NCBI GenBank assembly: GCA_977862235.1
Contig: OZ374557.1
Span: forward strand, 4,145,750 to 4,165,749
Direction: 5' to 3'
DNA: 20,000 nt
Source: Dudresnaya verticillata
Lineage: Eukaryota
Shown here: positions 1-10,604 of the stretch, one piece after another
How the letters are laid out: the number at the start of each line of letters is the position of its first letter
How positions within the stretch are numbered: the stretch's first letter is position 1
The notes under the pieces: generated by a model
Databases searched by the model: none
The model's input: only the letters and a program-made list of their open reading frames with translations
Told to the model about the DNA's origin: nothing
Translations under genes and position numbers: made by a program

Positions 1-603
1 CTTGGACTCTCCTACAATAGCCACACGCGTGCCCCAAAAGTTGTTGCAAATTTCTACCCCGAGTACAACAAGCACCTTCGTAGCCTGATGACACTCTCGC
101 TGTAGCAAGACAGCACGTCCACGAACAGCGTCGTGCAAATCAAGAAATGCAACCCGACTGACGGCGTTTCAGGTGGCGCAGCAACGAAGGACACCGCGTT
201 TGTACCCATAGTCTGCTATCATCGAAGTGCCCGGATTGTCCCTTCACGAGTTGCAAAGCTCCGTGCTAAGCTAGGCCTCCCGGACGCGTCGCGGAGACCT
301 CACGCTGCCAACGGGAATTGAAGCATACCCTCCTCAACCAGCTGCAGAAAGTAACAAGAGGTAGCAAGGCCACAGCGGTCTAGGCCGCGGCGCATCCTCC
401 CACCGCATTCCAGCACCGCCCAGACGCAGGGCACCAAACTACACTACGAAATAAGACCACAACTAGGGCTGGACCCCGTAACCAGCAGACCATTAAAAGG
501 CCGTACGCACAACCCTGCAAAATTTGCCCTTCTGTACGTAAAAAAATGCTACGCCTCTTGCCGGACGTGCACTGCGCATGCTGTACACTTACCGCGGTTC
601 ATT

Positions 604-628
604 CAGCCTGTTCTCGCTGAACAGGCTG
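604..628. other. Perfect 10-bp stem hairpin
   Basis: CAGCCTGTTC (604-613), loop TCGCT, then GAACAGGCTG (619-628), its exact reverse complement. Function unknown. Confidence 0.6.
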
Positions 629-1800
629 CTATATATTTGGTTTCCTTAAAAGCAGCACGAAGCATACGGAGAAGCGTTTATGTTATCGGCCGCACCTTCG
701 CTTGGGCAGAGGCATCGCAACAGAGACGTGGCCGTGTAGGGGTTTGATAGCGCTTGGAAGTCCTGCTTTGGAACGCGATGACCCAATTCTCCGTACCGAT
801 CACTATCCTCCGTCAACCAAATCTCTGGTTATTGAGCTGTCACTTGCAGTGCCTTGAGTAATTGAGACTTGGAATTCTATGACAGCTACTGCGAGAAGCG
901 TTTCTGTGAGTTTCGCGGGGATCTGTCAAGCACATTCCTGGGGGCGTGGCCTGGGGTTTAAGACAACTACAATCCTTAATGCTTACTATCCAATGTTCGC
1001 ATTAGCCCCCACCTGTGAAACAACTGACATCCCACCAGAAGAAACATGTTCAAACGCAGCACTGATGACGGTAGCACCGTAAAACCCCACAACAGTTGCA
1101 CCAAACGACATCTTTCCCTGCGCTTCTGCCAACCCCGAGCATCATCATTTTCTCCGTAGGTTTATTGTTTGCTGCTCACCTTTATAAGAAGCGTGTTCCA
1201 TGTACCTTCGAAGGCCGATATTTACCAGGGAGGTGGGCCCGGCTGTGAATAGAAACAAGGCAATTATCCCAATGGTTTCGAGCCGAAATGGGTTTTAGTA
1301 CCTGTCTCGATCAAACCGAAACATTCGCTCATCTTCAGCTCAAGACGTTCAGTTGCGTCTACCTTTTTGCGTTATGCAGTAGTATTGACGGAAAAATTTC
1401 TTCCGCCTATGTACCAGAACATCGCAAATCCTATGATGCAAATTGCAGGGCAACAACGCCGTGAAAGATGTCTGTACAAGCGTTCGACAACTCGTAGCAT
1501 CCGTCGCTCCCAGCCACGCCCTCTTCCAAGGAGACCGCAAAACGCCTATCCCATTTTCCACAACCGAGCGACATAGCCGATCTAAACATCCCGTTCGACC
1601 TCGCGCTTTACGTAGCCGACTATTTCCACGCTCACTTCCGGGAAGAAGTAGCCCTGAACGCGAATCTGGGCCCGTTCCTCGAGCGCCTAGACTCCACCAT
1701 CCTCCGACTGCATGCTCTGCTCGCCTAACTCCTGCGATACCACCCTATCGACGCCGGGCACCAGGTCTGCTGCCCCTGTGGATAGTACCCTCTCGTCGCA

Positions 1801-2211
1801 ATGGAGCTACAACCCACGCTAACCTCGCTCACAGTCGCCACACAGATCACCGAGGCTGACATTCAGGCCGCGCTTGCACCTGCCAAGCGGTTGTACGTTG
1901 CGTTGGAGAATTCAGCCGCTACCGCCGCTGTGCTGGATGCCCTGGTCAGACTGGGGCTGCTGTCATCAAGCGGAAGGCAGCCGAGGCCGGTAAATCACTG
2001 GCTACTGTTGCACCCATGTTTGCCACTGTGCGGGCGTCTCTCGTTCTATCTGGTTCGTTCCCAGCAACAGACAGACGGGGACAGCGACGCCATGCAGAGC
2101 TGCGGGCAGGTTTACCCGTTGCATCAGTCTGCACAGTGCCATTTTGTCAGAGTTTTGACATATGCCCGATTTGCTGTCAACGGGGGTAAATATGGCCGAC
2201 GCAACACTTGA
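1801..2211 (+). CDS. Possible small hypothetical protein or gene remnant (136 aa)
   Basis: ATG-initiated ORF with a helical-looking N-half (TEADIQAALAPAKRLYVALENSAATAAVLDALVRLGLL). No recognisable family. Confidence 0.2.
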   Translation: MELQPTLTSLTVATQITEADIQAALAPAKRLYVALENSAATAAVLDALVRLGLLSSSGRQPRPVNHWLLLHPCLPLCGRLSFYLVRSQQQTDGDSDAMQSCGQVYPLHQSAQCHFVRVLTYARFAVNGGKYGRRNT

Positions 2212-3333
2212 TGATGCTGTGTTAAGGCTCAGAACTGCTTGTTTGGTGGCACAGGCAATTGGGAAGTAATGTAAAGCCGAGGTGAAAGGGTCTTTTATCC
2301 GCGCAAGGAAACTTGTATTACGCGTACTTTTGAAATTGAAATAGCGCCCAAGCTACAGGACAAGACAAGAACACCACGCGGGCTGACCGCAATGCCCAGC
2401 GGGCAATGAAATAGGCGTACACACTAGCCTGCAAACATTCCGCCCCAGTATAACGTAGCCATGTACTATGGTACAATGCGTAGTCCGTACGCTTGCCGCG
2501 AAGCTTGTACACCCTGATCTCACTGAACAGGCTACCATGTGTATTTACCGCTACAAAATATCTGCAAAGTGTACGGAACAATGTAGTATGCATGACGTTT
2601 AGGGGTTTGGGTCGGACGCCGCGTACTCTCCGCGCATCCTCGTCTCCGCTCTGCCTGGCTTCCTGCTGGCCACGAAACTCGCCTGGGCCATAACATTCTT
2701 CACCCTCACGGCCTCCGCAACGCCCGCACACTGCGTTGTCGACATTCCGCACGGGCGAAACCCTGTTTCGCACCCCTTTGTCGAGCGCGTGTTTGAGAGC
2801 GACTGGGAGAACCCACAGCCGTTCGTTTTGGATGAGGGTGACACTGGCGACGATGGGAGCGCCGTAGATGGCGTCTGAGCATTGCTTGCGCGCTGTCGTG
2901 TGCTGGACGCGCAGCCTCCGCCTACGACTCGGACTAAGTATACCGCCCCGCCCTGTGCAGAACGATTTTCGTCTGGTGTAGCTCGTCTCCATGCATGAAA
3001 CTTGGTGTTTCCGAGCCCCTTACGTTGCATGGAGTGGCACAACAGCACTAGACCCGCCAACGTCCTATGAAGTCCTCTGCCAGTGATCATAACGCAAAGC
3101 ATCCAAATTTCATTGTGCACTCGGCATGATGCAACCGTGGATGTGCAACAGCTGCACAACATTATCCACCCCGCATCCGCGGGGCTTCGCCATACCTACA
3201 GCCAAACCCGTCTCGCTCGCTTCGCCGCTCGAGCCGCCGTCTCGGAGCTCACTTCACCGCGCCCGCGTCAAGCCAACGCTGCAAACTTACGTTAACCTAC
3301 AAGGGATCTAGCTCTTCACCAAAATTTCAACTA

Positions 3334-3663
3334 CTAGCTGCCATCACCCTTCTCACCGCAGCTCTTCTCCACCGCCTCGCGCCGCATCTGCAGGACCTGT
3401 TCAAGTGGTGGTCGTCCAGTGAGCTGCAACTGCCAGCCCACCCACACATTGTATACGGCATCCGCGGCCGCCCCGATGAGCGGAATCGTCGTCGCACTGT
3501 ATACCCACACCAGCCCGGCTGCATCGTACGCCTCCCGGAACATGGGCACGCCCAGTACTACTGTATCACACGCCTCTGATACCGCGGATGCGCCCCATGG
3601 TCGTTTCGTAGTCGATCCCGCCGTACTCCTCAGCCTTGTAAGACGGCGACTCAATGTCCACAA
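3334..3663 (-). CDS. Possible small hypothetical protein (109 aa)
   Basis: ORF with protein-like composition in its C-terminal two thirds. No recognisable motif. Confidence 0.2.
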   Translation of the reverse strand: MWTLSRRLTRLRSTAGSTTKRPWGASAVSEACDTVVLGVPMFREAYDAAGLVWVYSATTIPLIGAAADAVYNVWVGWQLQLTGRPPLEQVLQMRREAVEKSCGEKGDGS

Positions 3664-4839
3664 ACTTGATCGACACCGGTAGGCCGTGCTTCTCCAACCG
3701 GGTTTGGTGGAAGTTTACCTCTTTCAAACACACCGGTAAGTCGCTGTCATGTAGCAGGCAGCACTATTAAACACTTGTGAGCTCAAGATCGGCCCTTGTT
3801 GAGGAATTCGTGGGCACATTTCTGCGCGCGTCATTGTCCATCACCCCACACTTCCGTCTGTACAATGTATCACCGAGACCCTATTCACGACCAAAAAGCA
3901 CAGCACTTTGACCATGCTGTAGAATACGCGAGTAGCTTCCAAACATCCAACAGAATAGTGCGAGACTCTAACAGAATGGGAGCAGACGTCTGTACTGCGG
4001 AGCACAAGCTGAGTGTCTCCACTATGTGCGGCCCCTCATTTGCAAACCAGGGACCGAATCGTTACACACAAACTTTCGTTAGCGGCTGGGAGGTGCGTCT
4101 GAGTCTCAGGTGTGCTGATCGCGTTGAATCTGCGAGTAGGCACAGAAAAGCGGCATTCCGTGCTCTCAACCTACTGGGGCCTCTTCGTAATGCCCTCAGC
4201 AGCAGAGGGGCAAGGAAACTGTGGAACTAATTGCAAAGCAGTTGATATGAAGTGTTTGTTTGCAGCAGTCAGCAATGGTGGGGGGTGCGTAGAAGGGTCA
4301 ATATGTACGAGTTGCTGACCACGTTCCGTTCCCCGGCGCCGTTGCAACCGAAAGATGCTACGAATACCACGGTGCAAAAAGTTACACCCATTATCTTCGC
4401 CTTCTTGCTTCGTTTGCGCGACTTCGAAGTGGGGCGCGAGGCCTTGAGCGTCCTTACCGCGCGCTTGCGACCTGTCTCGATCGGCGGTGGAGCGATTTCG
4501 GCCAGCACTACATTGGGTGCCGGAGGCTCGGACCCCATAGTATGCAGTAGTGGATGTATGAGCAGTGTAGTGTGTACCGCCGCCCAATGCCGGCGTGTGC
4601 ACGGGGAGTCAGCCGGTGTCATCCACAAGCTTGCATTTTACGAACTTTCCCGCTTGTCTGTGAAAATAAATCACAGTTGTATGTGGAAACGGGAAAAGTA
4701 ACGAATAGCAGGGTGCCCAGTATGTGATGATTTGGCGCCACAGTTGCCTTCCACCGACGTCGGCGCAGCCCTTAAAAAAATCGCGCAACGGCAGGGGCAT
4801 ATAGGGGTTTTCCCACCCGAGCGCAATCGCTATCGACCC

Positions 4840-5340
4840 GCTACCCCTGCAGCCCCCCGCAGCCCCTGCAACACCGCATCCACCACGCTCGCCCCTAGCG
4901 TTCTGCCGTACCACCCTCGCTACCCTCTCCGTCTACTGCGTTTGACGTTGCCCGCCCGCGTTGCGCTTTCCTCGCGGCACCGCCCTGCTGCCACCCGCCG
5001 TCTGTGCAGTTGGAGCCGCCGTTTCCTGTGTCCTGCTGTTTGCTGCGCCCTGGACCGCGCCTTCCCGTCTACTTCTACACAGCGCTCTTTTGCTGCCGCC
5101 GCTACCGCCGTTGGAACCGAAGCGTTGTTCCGCGCTCGGGCTGCCTCGTGGACCTCGCCGCCGCCCGCCAACATCTTCGCTCGAGGAGAGTTGCTGCCGC
5201 GTTCTGTGGACCCCTGGGGTCGCGCTGCCGCCGCCGCTAACGATCGGCGTCATCTCGCATCGATCGCGACGCCGCCATCAGCCCGCGCAATCCGCTCAAT
5301 CTAGCTAGAAGTCTATTCTCCCGTGGCCGTTGGCTCCGCC
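4840..5340 (+). promoter_or_regulatory. GC/CpG-rich, CCG-rich segment upstream of the large ORF; possible promoter or 5' UTR
   Basis: Visibly C/G-rich with many GCCGCC runs. It lies directly upstream of the palindrome array and the ATG at 5789. Function inferred from position only. Confidence 0.3.
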
Positions 5341-5402
5341 TCTCACGTCGACGGGGGAGAAGAGCGACTTACAAGTTGCTGAGAAGTTCGCAAATCCGGG
5401 AC

Positions 5403-5765
5403 TGTGCAGTCGCTGCAAATTTTGAGGTCTTGCACAACCCGTACCTTCTTGGCACTGTGCAGTCGTTGGAAATTTTCAAGCGTTGCTCACTGCGTACCCT
5501 CTAGGTACTGTGCAGTCGTCGCAAATTTTCAAACGCTGCACAACTCTTGATACTGTGCAGTCGTCGCAAATTTTCAAACGCTGCACAAATCTTGATACCG
5601 TGCAACCGTTGGAAATTTTCAAGCGTTGCACACAACGTACCTTCTAGGTACTGTGCAGTCGTTCCAAATTTTCAAACGCTGCACAACTCTTGGCACTGTG
5701 CAGTCGTTGCAAATTTTCAAGAGGTGCACAACTTTTGATACTGTTTAATCGCAAATTTGAAAAAG
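5403..5765. repeat. Tandem array of seven full and one partial 34-bp imperfect palindromes (TGTGCAGTCGTTGCAAATTTTCAAACGCTGCACA)
   Basis: Units start at about 5403, 5456, 5509, 5554, 5599, 5652 and 5697, with a partial unit at ~5742. Linkers are of two types, ~11 bp (ACTCTTGATAC-like) and ~19 bp (..CGTACCTTCTAGGTAC-like), giving 45- and 53-bp periods. Confidence 0.93.
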
Positions 5766-5788
5766 GTAGCTCTACTGACAGTGAAGCG

Positions 5789-8700
5789 ATGGTGAGCCCG
5801 AAAAGAGGTGCAGCAAAGGCTCGGAGAGGGCGTAATGCGACCAGAGGTCGAAAGAAGGGTGCCGGTCGTGGAGACAACGGTAGCACGGCTGATATGGAGG
5901 TTAATCAGCCAACTGGTGATGTGAATGATGGGGCAAGGCCTCAACCGAGTGCGGGTAGAGCAGAAGCAGTGCCAAGTGGGCCCCCTGTACACTCAGAGAC
6001 AGGGAAACCGACTCCTACATCGTCTCCTGTTGTGAAAGGAAGCGGCGTTCCCTCCAGCCTCACCGGGCAAGGCAGCGAAGGTGGTAGCAAGACGGGTGCC
6101 GCTCGATCAGGTCCCGCTACTAAGAGTACTGGCGATGATGTTGCAGCTATCAACTCCAGCGGCAAGAAAACGGGAACCCCGAGCGAATTGACTCCGTCGG
6201 AGCCCGCGAAGGAAGTCTCAGACCCCCCTGTCGACGAAATGGCAGCACGTGAGACACCGGAAAATCCCACATCTGCACCGGGTGATTCGTCCCTGAAAAC
6301 GAGGCAAAAGCGGTTGGCTACGGAAGTTGCAACTGCGGAAAAGGATGCTGCAACTGCGAAAAAGAAGGGCACGGACTGTCAACGAGAGGACCAAAGTGCA
6401 AAGGAAGCGACGCCTCCGCCTCACTCTGCTGTCCCCAACGATCCTGCACTACCCCCGGCTGCTGGCGTGAACGGTGGAGCCCAGAAGAATACCCCTCAAT
6501 CGGACGCAATTGGACGCCAGGCGGACACCCCTGCAGAAGTTGAGGATGAGAGTGATTCGCCTTGTAAGCCAGACGAGAACGCCGATTCCGAAGCCGGAGT
6601 GGAATCGGACGAGATCAGTGCTGCACCCTCGTCGCGTCGCAGCACGAGGATAAACCATGCACAGGCTCGAAAGGGGAAGGCAAAACGAACCCGTGGGGAG
6701 GCTTTGTCACTCGGGGGTACAGGAGGGCGGAAGGAAGGTGTTTCTCGAGGCGTGCGTCCACGAAAGAGCACTGGAATACGTTCAGCGCCTGTCCCTGTTG
6801 ACAATCGCACGCCGGTTCGAGGTGGGGGTTATTTGCCAGGGATGACCGGATTGCGCCGCCCCGCTCCGCTCTATACCGGAATTGATGTATCGGATGGAAT
6901 GGTTACATTGCCGAGACCCCGTGATGCAGACGGAAAAGTGAGTGCCCCGAAGCTACCACATCCGTCTATTCTACTGGAATTTCTGGACACTTGGAGGGTT
7001 GTGCAGAAGCCAAACTCGGAGATGACTGCCACATATCACCAGCACATTGGACACAGCGTGTACCCAAACGACGGTGATGGTGTTCTGTGGCCTGTGGCAA
7101 CCCCTGTGTCCAACATCCGCATCGCAACCCATAGCAACATCCGATCGGTACAGCAATCGCTTCTGAGAGGCGGTGATGGTATCCCGAGATGGTTTGAGGG
7201 CCTGGGCCAATCCACCCTGATGATTAGAGCAGATGCCCTTGGGGTACATATTCCCGATATGTACGTGGAGCGTATTCAAATTGCGGAAGAACCGAGCCCC
7301 GGGCAGGATTTTACGGGCCCCGTTTATTTGTACCGGTATCGCAAGGGCTGCCGCCCGATTCTGCCAGAAAAGTGGCTCGATACGAGTGGCTCTGACCCGA
7401 AGCTTCCGGCCAACGCTGTACTTGGGATTAACGATGGAAATGTCCGTCTTTCAGCGGCAGCTCTCCTCGGTGTTCAGAACATGAAATCCCGTGTCTCTGT
7501 CATGGTCATACCGCAGCAGCAACTTGAGGGTCTTAGGCGCAACCGCGAAAATATCTTGGAAGCGGCGGCGTTCATTGAAGGGGTCATAACGGGAGTTGCC
7601 AACGTGCTCAACGAGGCGACAGCGCATATCGGGACCACCACACCTGTTCAGATGGCGTTGGCCTGTGCGCTTCTACGTACCGGGACAGTCAGGCAACTGC
7701 CGTCAAGAGTTCATATTCCATCAACAGCAAACGAGGAGGAGAGTCGCTTCGATGGGCTGCAGCAATCGATTGTAGCGAAAATCGCGGAAGAACGTAATGA
7801 GGAGCAAAATGCGCATGGCCCGGGAGCATCAGACGAGGGGATTGGCGCTACTACATCGACACGGGATGTGGGCAGGGCAGGTGAAGAAGGCACTGGGTCG
7901 TCTAGGATCGACGAGTGTGAAGCTGTTGAAAATTTACGAGACTTGCACATTGGTAATCCTGCGACCCGTTCTACCAACTCTGCCAGCCAGCCGACAGCAG
8001 TCACTGTGAAGACAGGGGAAACGGGCCCGGAAGAGCATGGGGGAGCCTGTTTACCGCGGCATCCTGGCGGTCTGACTAAGAGTGCTGGACCTTGTGGCCC
8101 GATCAGGCCATGGAGGAAAGAGTTTTGTAAGGAGTACAATAGTTGCTTGGGGACGCTGATAGAACCGAGCCCTCAGACATACCTCCGAGGTGGGACAGTG
8201 GCTGGGGAGCGGTATGGTGTTGTGGCCCGTTCGGCAATCGGGGAGTCTGCGCCGAACAACCAGAAGAAGGGGAAGAGGAAGAGAACCGGAAGTGATGCCA
8301 CTCCTGAAACGTCACAGCCCCGAAGTCGCCGGAGAGTAGAGCCGGAGGGGAAAGCTTCAACGCCGAGTGAATCCCTGGGGCGCAATATAGCAGAACACCC
8401 GGGACAGGAAATGTCCGGATTGGAAGGGGAAGGGAAGAAGCAAGACCGAGAATCTTTCCTGAACCTCGCGAAGGAAGCGACAGACTTTCTGTTTATCTGC
8501 GGATGCGTGGAGATCAGACGCAACCGCATCGTGCATGTCTGTCAAGCTTGTAAGTCGGATAGCGAACTGATACGCGATGACCTGGCCAGCACTTGGGCCT
8601 TGGAGGTACTGGACAAGCGAGATGCTTCTGTGAGCAGCGGTGGATCTCCGATTGTATACGCGCTTCCGTATGACGCGGAAAAGTACCGTTACATGAAGGT

Positions 8701-9334
8701 ACTGTTCAACAAGAGTTTAACAACCCTTTTCGGGCCCATGACCCAACCGTCAGGGAGACGCGTGCTTGTACGTGGAAGTGCCTACAACTACAGCCTGGAG
8801 GAGGTATCGCTGTACAACATTACTGAGGGGGAACGCAGGTTGATAATAAGCGAATTCCACGGCGTGGCAATGCTGGCAGCAGTGAACCGTCTTGATCGAT
8901 ACGAGGCGGAATGCTTGAGCGATAGAACGGAGAAGAAATTGATCGGGGGGTACAACGTTGCGAAGACAAGCACCAGCAGAACTAAGTTCCTTGTTGATGA
9001 GCAGTCGGAGAAGGTATACACACGGTCTTCAGGATATGGTGGCCTGTCTTCAGTCTTGAGAGAGGCCGGGATGCTCGGGGCACGTGCTGCAACGGCTGCA
9101 ACCAAGCTATGCAACGGGCTTCTAGGTCTTCGCTCTGTGAACTGCATACTACTCGCAGGTGATTGCAAGGCCAAGCTGCCACGAACAACCTCGGAGACCT
9201 TTCAATGGTTTACAGTCAACTCATGGCATCGGAAACCGACTCAGGAGCAGTTGGAAAACCGTACGTACGACATGAGCAGGCCACACGATTGTATTCGTCG
9301 CGTCTTGACGGAGAGGATGGCTTTGAAAAAATGA
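5789..9334 (+). CDS. Large hypothetical protein (~1181 aa): disordered basic N-terminus, central ParB/Srx-like motif, uncharacterised C-terminal globular region
   Basis: 3.5-kb uninterrupted ORF. The first in-frame ATG is at 5789; the track start at 5690 is a non-ATG codon inside the repeat array. LGINDGNVRLSAAALLG at 7421-7471 resembles the ParB/sulfiredoxin hhDGxxRhxAhxxLG signature. NLS-like KKGKRKR and one CQAC are present. Confidence 0.8.
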   Translation: MVSPKRGAAKARRGRNATRGRKKGAGRGDNGSTADMEVNQPTGDVNDGARPQPSAGRAEAVPSGPPVHSETGKPTPTSSPVVKGSGVPSSLTGQGSEGGSKTGAARSGPATKSTGDDVAAINSSGKKTGTPSELTPSEPAKEVSDPPVDEMAARETPENPTSAPGDSSLKTRQKRLATEVATAEKDAATAKKKGTDCQREDQSAKEATPPPHSAVPNDPALPPAAGVNGGAQKNTPQSDAIGRQADTPAEVEDESDSPCKPDENADSEAGVESDEISAAPSSRRSTRINHAQARKGKAKRTRGEALSLGGTGGRKEGVSRGVRPRKSTGIRSAPVPVDNRTPVRGGGYLPGMTGLRRPAPLYTGIDVSDGMVTLPRPRDADGKVSAPKLPHPSILLEFLDTWRVVQKPNSEMTATYHQHIGHSVYPNDGDGVLWPVATPVSNIRIATHSNIRSVQQSLLRGGDGIPRWFEGLGQSTLMIRADALGVHIPDMYVERIQIAEEPSPGQDFTGPVYLYRYRKGCRPILPEKWLDTSGSDPKLPANAVLGINDGNVRLSAAALLGVQNMKSRVSVMVIPQQQLEGLRRNRENILEAAAFIEGVITGVANVLNEATAHIGTTTPVQMALACALLRTGTVRQLPSRVHIPSTANEEESRFDGLQQSIVAKIAEERNEEQNAHGPGASDEGIGATTSTRDVGRAGEEGTGSSRIDECEAVENLRDLHIGNPATRSTNSASQPTAVTVKTGETGPEEHGGACLPRHPGGLTKSAGPCGPIRPWRKEFCKEYNSCLGTLIEPSPQTYLRGGTVAGERYGVVARSAIGESAPNNQKKGKRKRTGSDATPETSQPRSRRRVEPEGKASTPSESLGRNIAEHPGQEMSGLEGEGKKQDRESFLNLAKEATDFLFICGCVEIRRNRIVHVCQACKSDSELIRDDLASTWALEVLDKRDASVSSGGSPIVYALPYDAEKYRYMKVLFNKSLTTLFGPMTQPSGRRVLVRGSAYNYSLEEVSLYNITEGERRLIISEFHGVAMLAAVNRLDRYEAECLSDRTEKKLIGGYNVAKTSTSRTKFLVDEQSEKVYTRSSGYGGLSSVLREAGMLGARAATAATKLCNGLLGLRSVNCILLAGDCKAKLPRTTSETFQWFTVNSWHRKPTQEQLENRTYDMSRPHDCIRRVLTERMALKK

Positions 9335-9403
9335 AACGCAGGAGTGAAGACATGTGCTGCATAATTGCAAACGCAGGAGTGAAGACATGTGCTGCATAAT
9401 TGC
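9334..9403 (+). repeat. Exact 35-bp tandem duplication at the junction of the two ORF parts
   Basis: AAACGCAGGAGTGAAGACATGTGCTGCATAATTGC at 9334-9368 and again at 9369-9403. Confidence 0.95.
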
Positions 9404-10516
9404 AAGGCTCTTCCGGACCTGCAAAAGATACTGCGCGACTTGTTATTCACTGAGAAGTACGATGTGGACTTGTGGGCGGGGTCTCCGGAAAGCGGGATGC
9501 GCACGGAACCAACGGACAGGGCGCGTCTAGGTGGGTCCAAATTTGACTTCGACGTGTACCGGGCAATAGAAAGCGCTGCCGGACGATATGAGTTCTTCGA
9601 AGATGCATGGGTAAACCTGGGGATACCCAGCAGGATAGCCCGATGCCTGTACTCCTTCAAGGTGGCGAATGGTGGGATGGGGGATTCAATTCAGATGAAT
9701 ATAATCAGCATTCGCTCTACGGAAATTGACCCGGAGATGAAACCATGCATGCTGGAATTACTGGACACGGACATGACCGAGGATGGGCTCGAAGTGGACG
9801 TGCCCCTGGCGAACAGTCTCCCTGTTGGCCAGGCCACGAGACCTGGAGACGCGTCGGCGCAGGAGCTGACGTCACGAAAAGCTGTTAGGCGTCGTAAATC
9901 AAGAGACGGTGGTGGTGGAGGTACTGGAGGTGGCGGGTCGGGCGGTGGAAGGTCGGGCCGCGAAGTGTCGGGCCGTGGTGGATCCCGAAACGCCCCCTGG
10001 CGCAAGACCAAAAGCAACACTCTCGGAAGCGTCGTGATGGGGAGGACGAAGGAGATTCTGGGAATGTCTAAAGAGAAGCAGGAGGAGGCCATTGCCATGG
10101 TCGTGACCTGCAGCATGGAGGTTTGCCACGACCGGCCCGAACTCGCGGACCCAAGTATACCTTTGGAGGAGCGATTGGAGCAGGTCAAGGAATTATTCAG
10201 GAGACCAGTAGACGTGGAGAGTATAGCGTCGGACCCACCCAATTCGGACGAGCTATTCGAGGAAGTCGAGGTTGTACATGAGCAAGTGATGAGTCAGGTG
10301 GTTCCTCAAGTGTCTAAGAGTGTGAATAACGCTTCGCTGCAAAAGCGTGGCGCCGAGGAGGAATCTGGGGATGAGTCTTCCCGTACGAGAAAGACGGGCC
10401 GCAAGCTCTCGACGGGTGAGCGGCAACAACGGGAAGGAGGCAGGGGTAGAAATGCTGAGCGTAGCGACGAGTACCCGGAAGACCTTGGTAGCAATCAATC
10501 CGTAGAGATATCGTGA
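9389..10516 (+). CDS. Hypothetical protein (~375 codons), probably a downstream exon or continuation of the 5789-9334 gene
   Basis: Long ORF in the same frame as the upstream ORF, starting 54 nt after its stop. Protein-like sequence precedes the first ATG (9497). It has a Gly-rich linker and an acidic/basic tail. Confidence 0.65.
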   Translation: MLHNCKALPDLQKILRDLLFTEKYDVDLWAGSPESGMRTEPTDRARLGGSKFDFDVYRAIESAAGRYEFFEDAWVNLGIPSRIARCLYSFKVANGGMGDSIQMNIISIRSTEIDPEMKPCMLELLDTDMTEDGLEVDVPLANSLPVGQATRPGDASAQELTSRKAVRRRKSRDGGGGGTGGGGSGGGRSGREVSGRGGSRNAPWRKTKSNTLGSVVMGRTKEILGMSKEKQEEAIAMVVTCSMEVCHDRPELADPSIPLEERLEQVKELFRRPVDVESIASDPPNSDELFEEVEVVHEQVMSQVVPQVSKSVNNASLQKRGAEEESGDESSRTRKTGRKLSTGERQQREGGRGRNAERSDEYPEDLGSNQSVEIS

Positions 10517-10604
10517 GGAGTTGGAATAGTGAAGTAAAGCGTGGAATAGGCATACTGCAATGGATACTACATCACTACAGCAGGGGACGGACACTACAAA
10601 TTCA

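Noticed and set aside
604..640. Helitron 3' terminus or bacterial terminator at the 10-bp hairpin
   Set aside because: No CTRR at the expected distance, no U-tract directly after the stem, and no Rep/helicase sequence nearby.
1..1600. Possible pseudogene fragments (frame 1 at 1-321 with one internal stop; 1367-1859)
   Set aside because: No family could be recognised. BLASTX would be needed before claiming anything.
4732..5308. Overlapping Ala/Arg/Pro-rich ORFs
   Set aside because: Explained by high GC content; mostly non-ATG starts and no recognisable domains.
5403..5765. CRISPR array (34-bp palindromic repeats with spacers)
   Set aside because: Spacers are only 11 or 19 bp and are themselves repeated, the repeats vary, there are no cas genes, and the context is a eukaryotic telomere.
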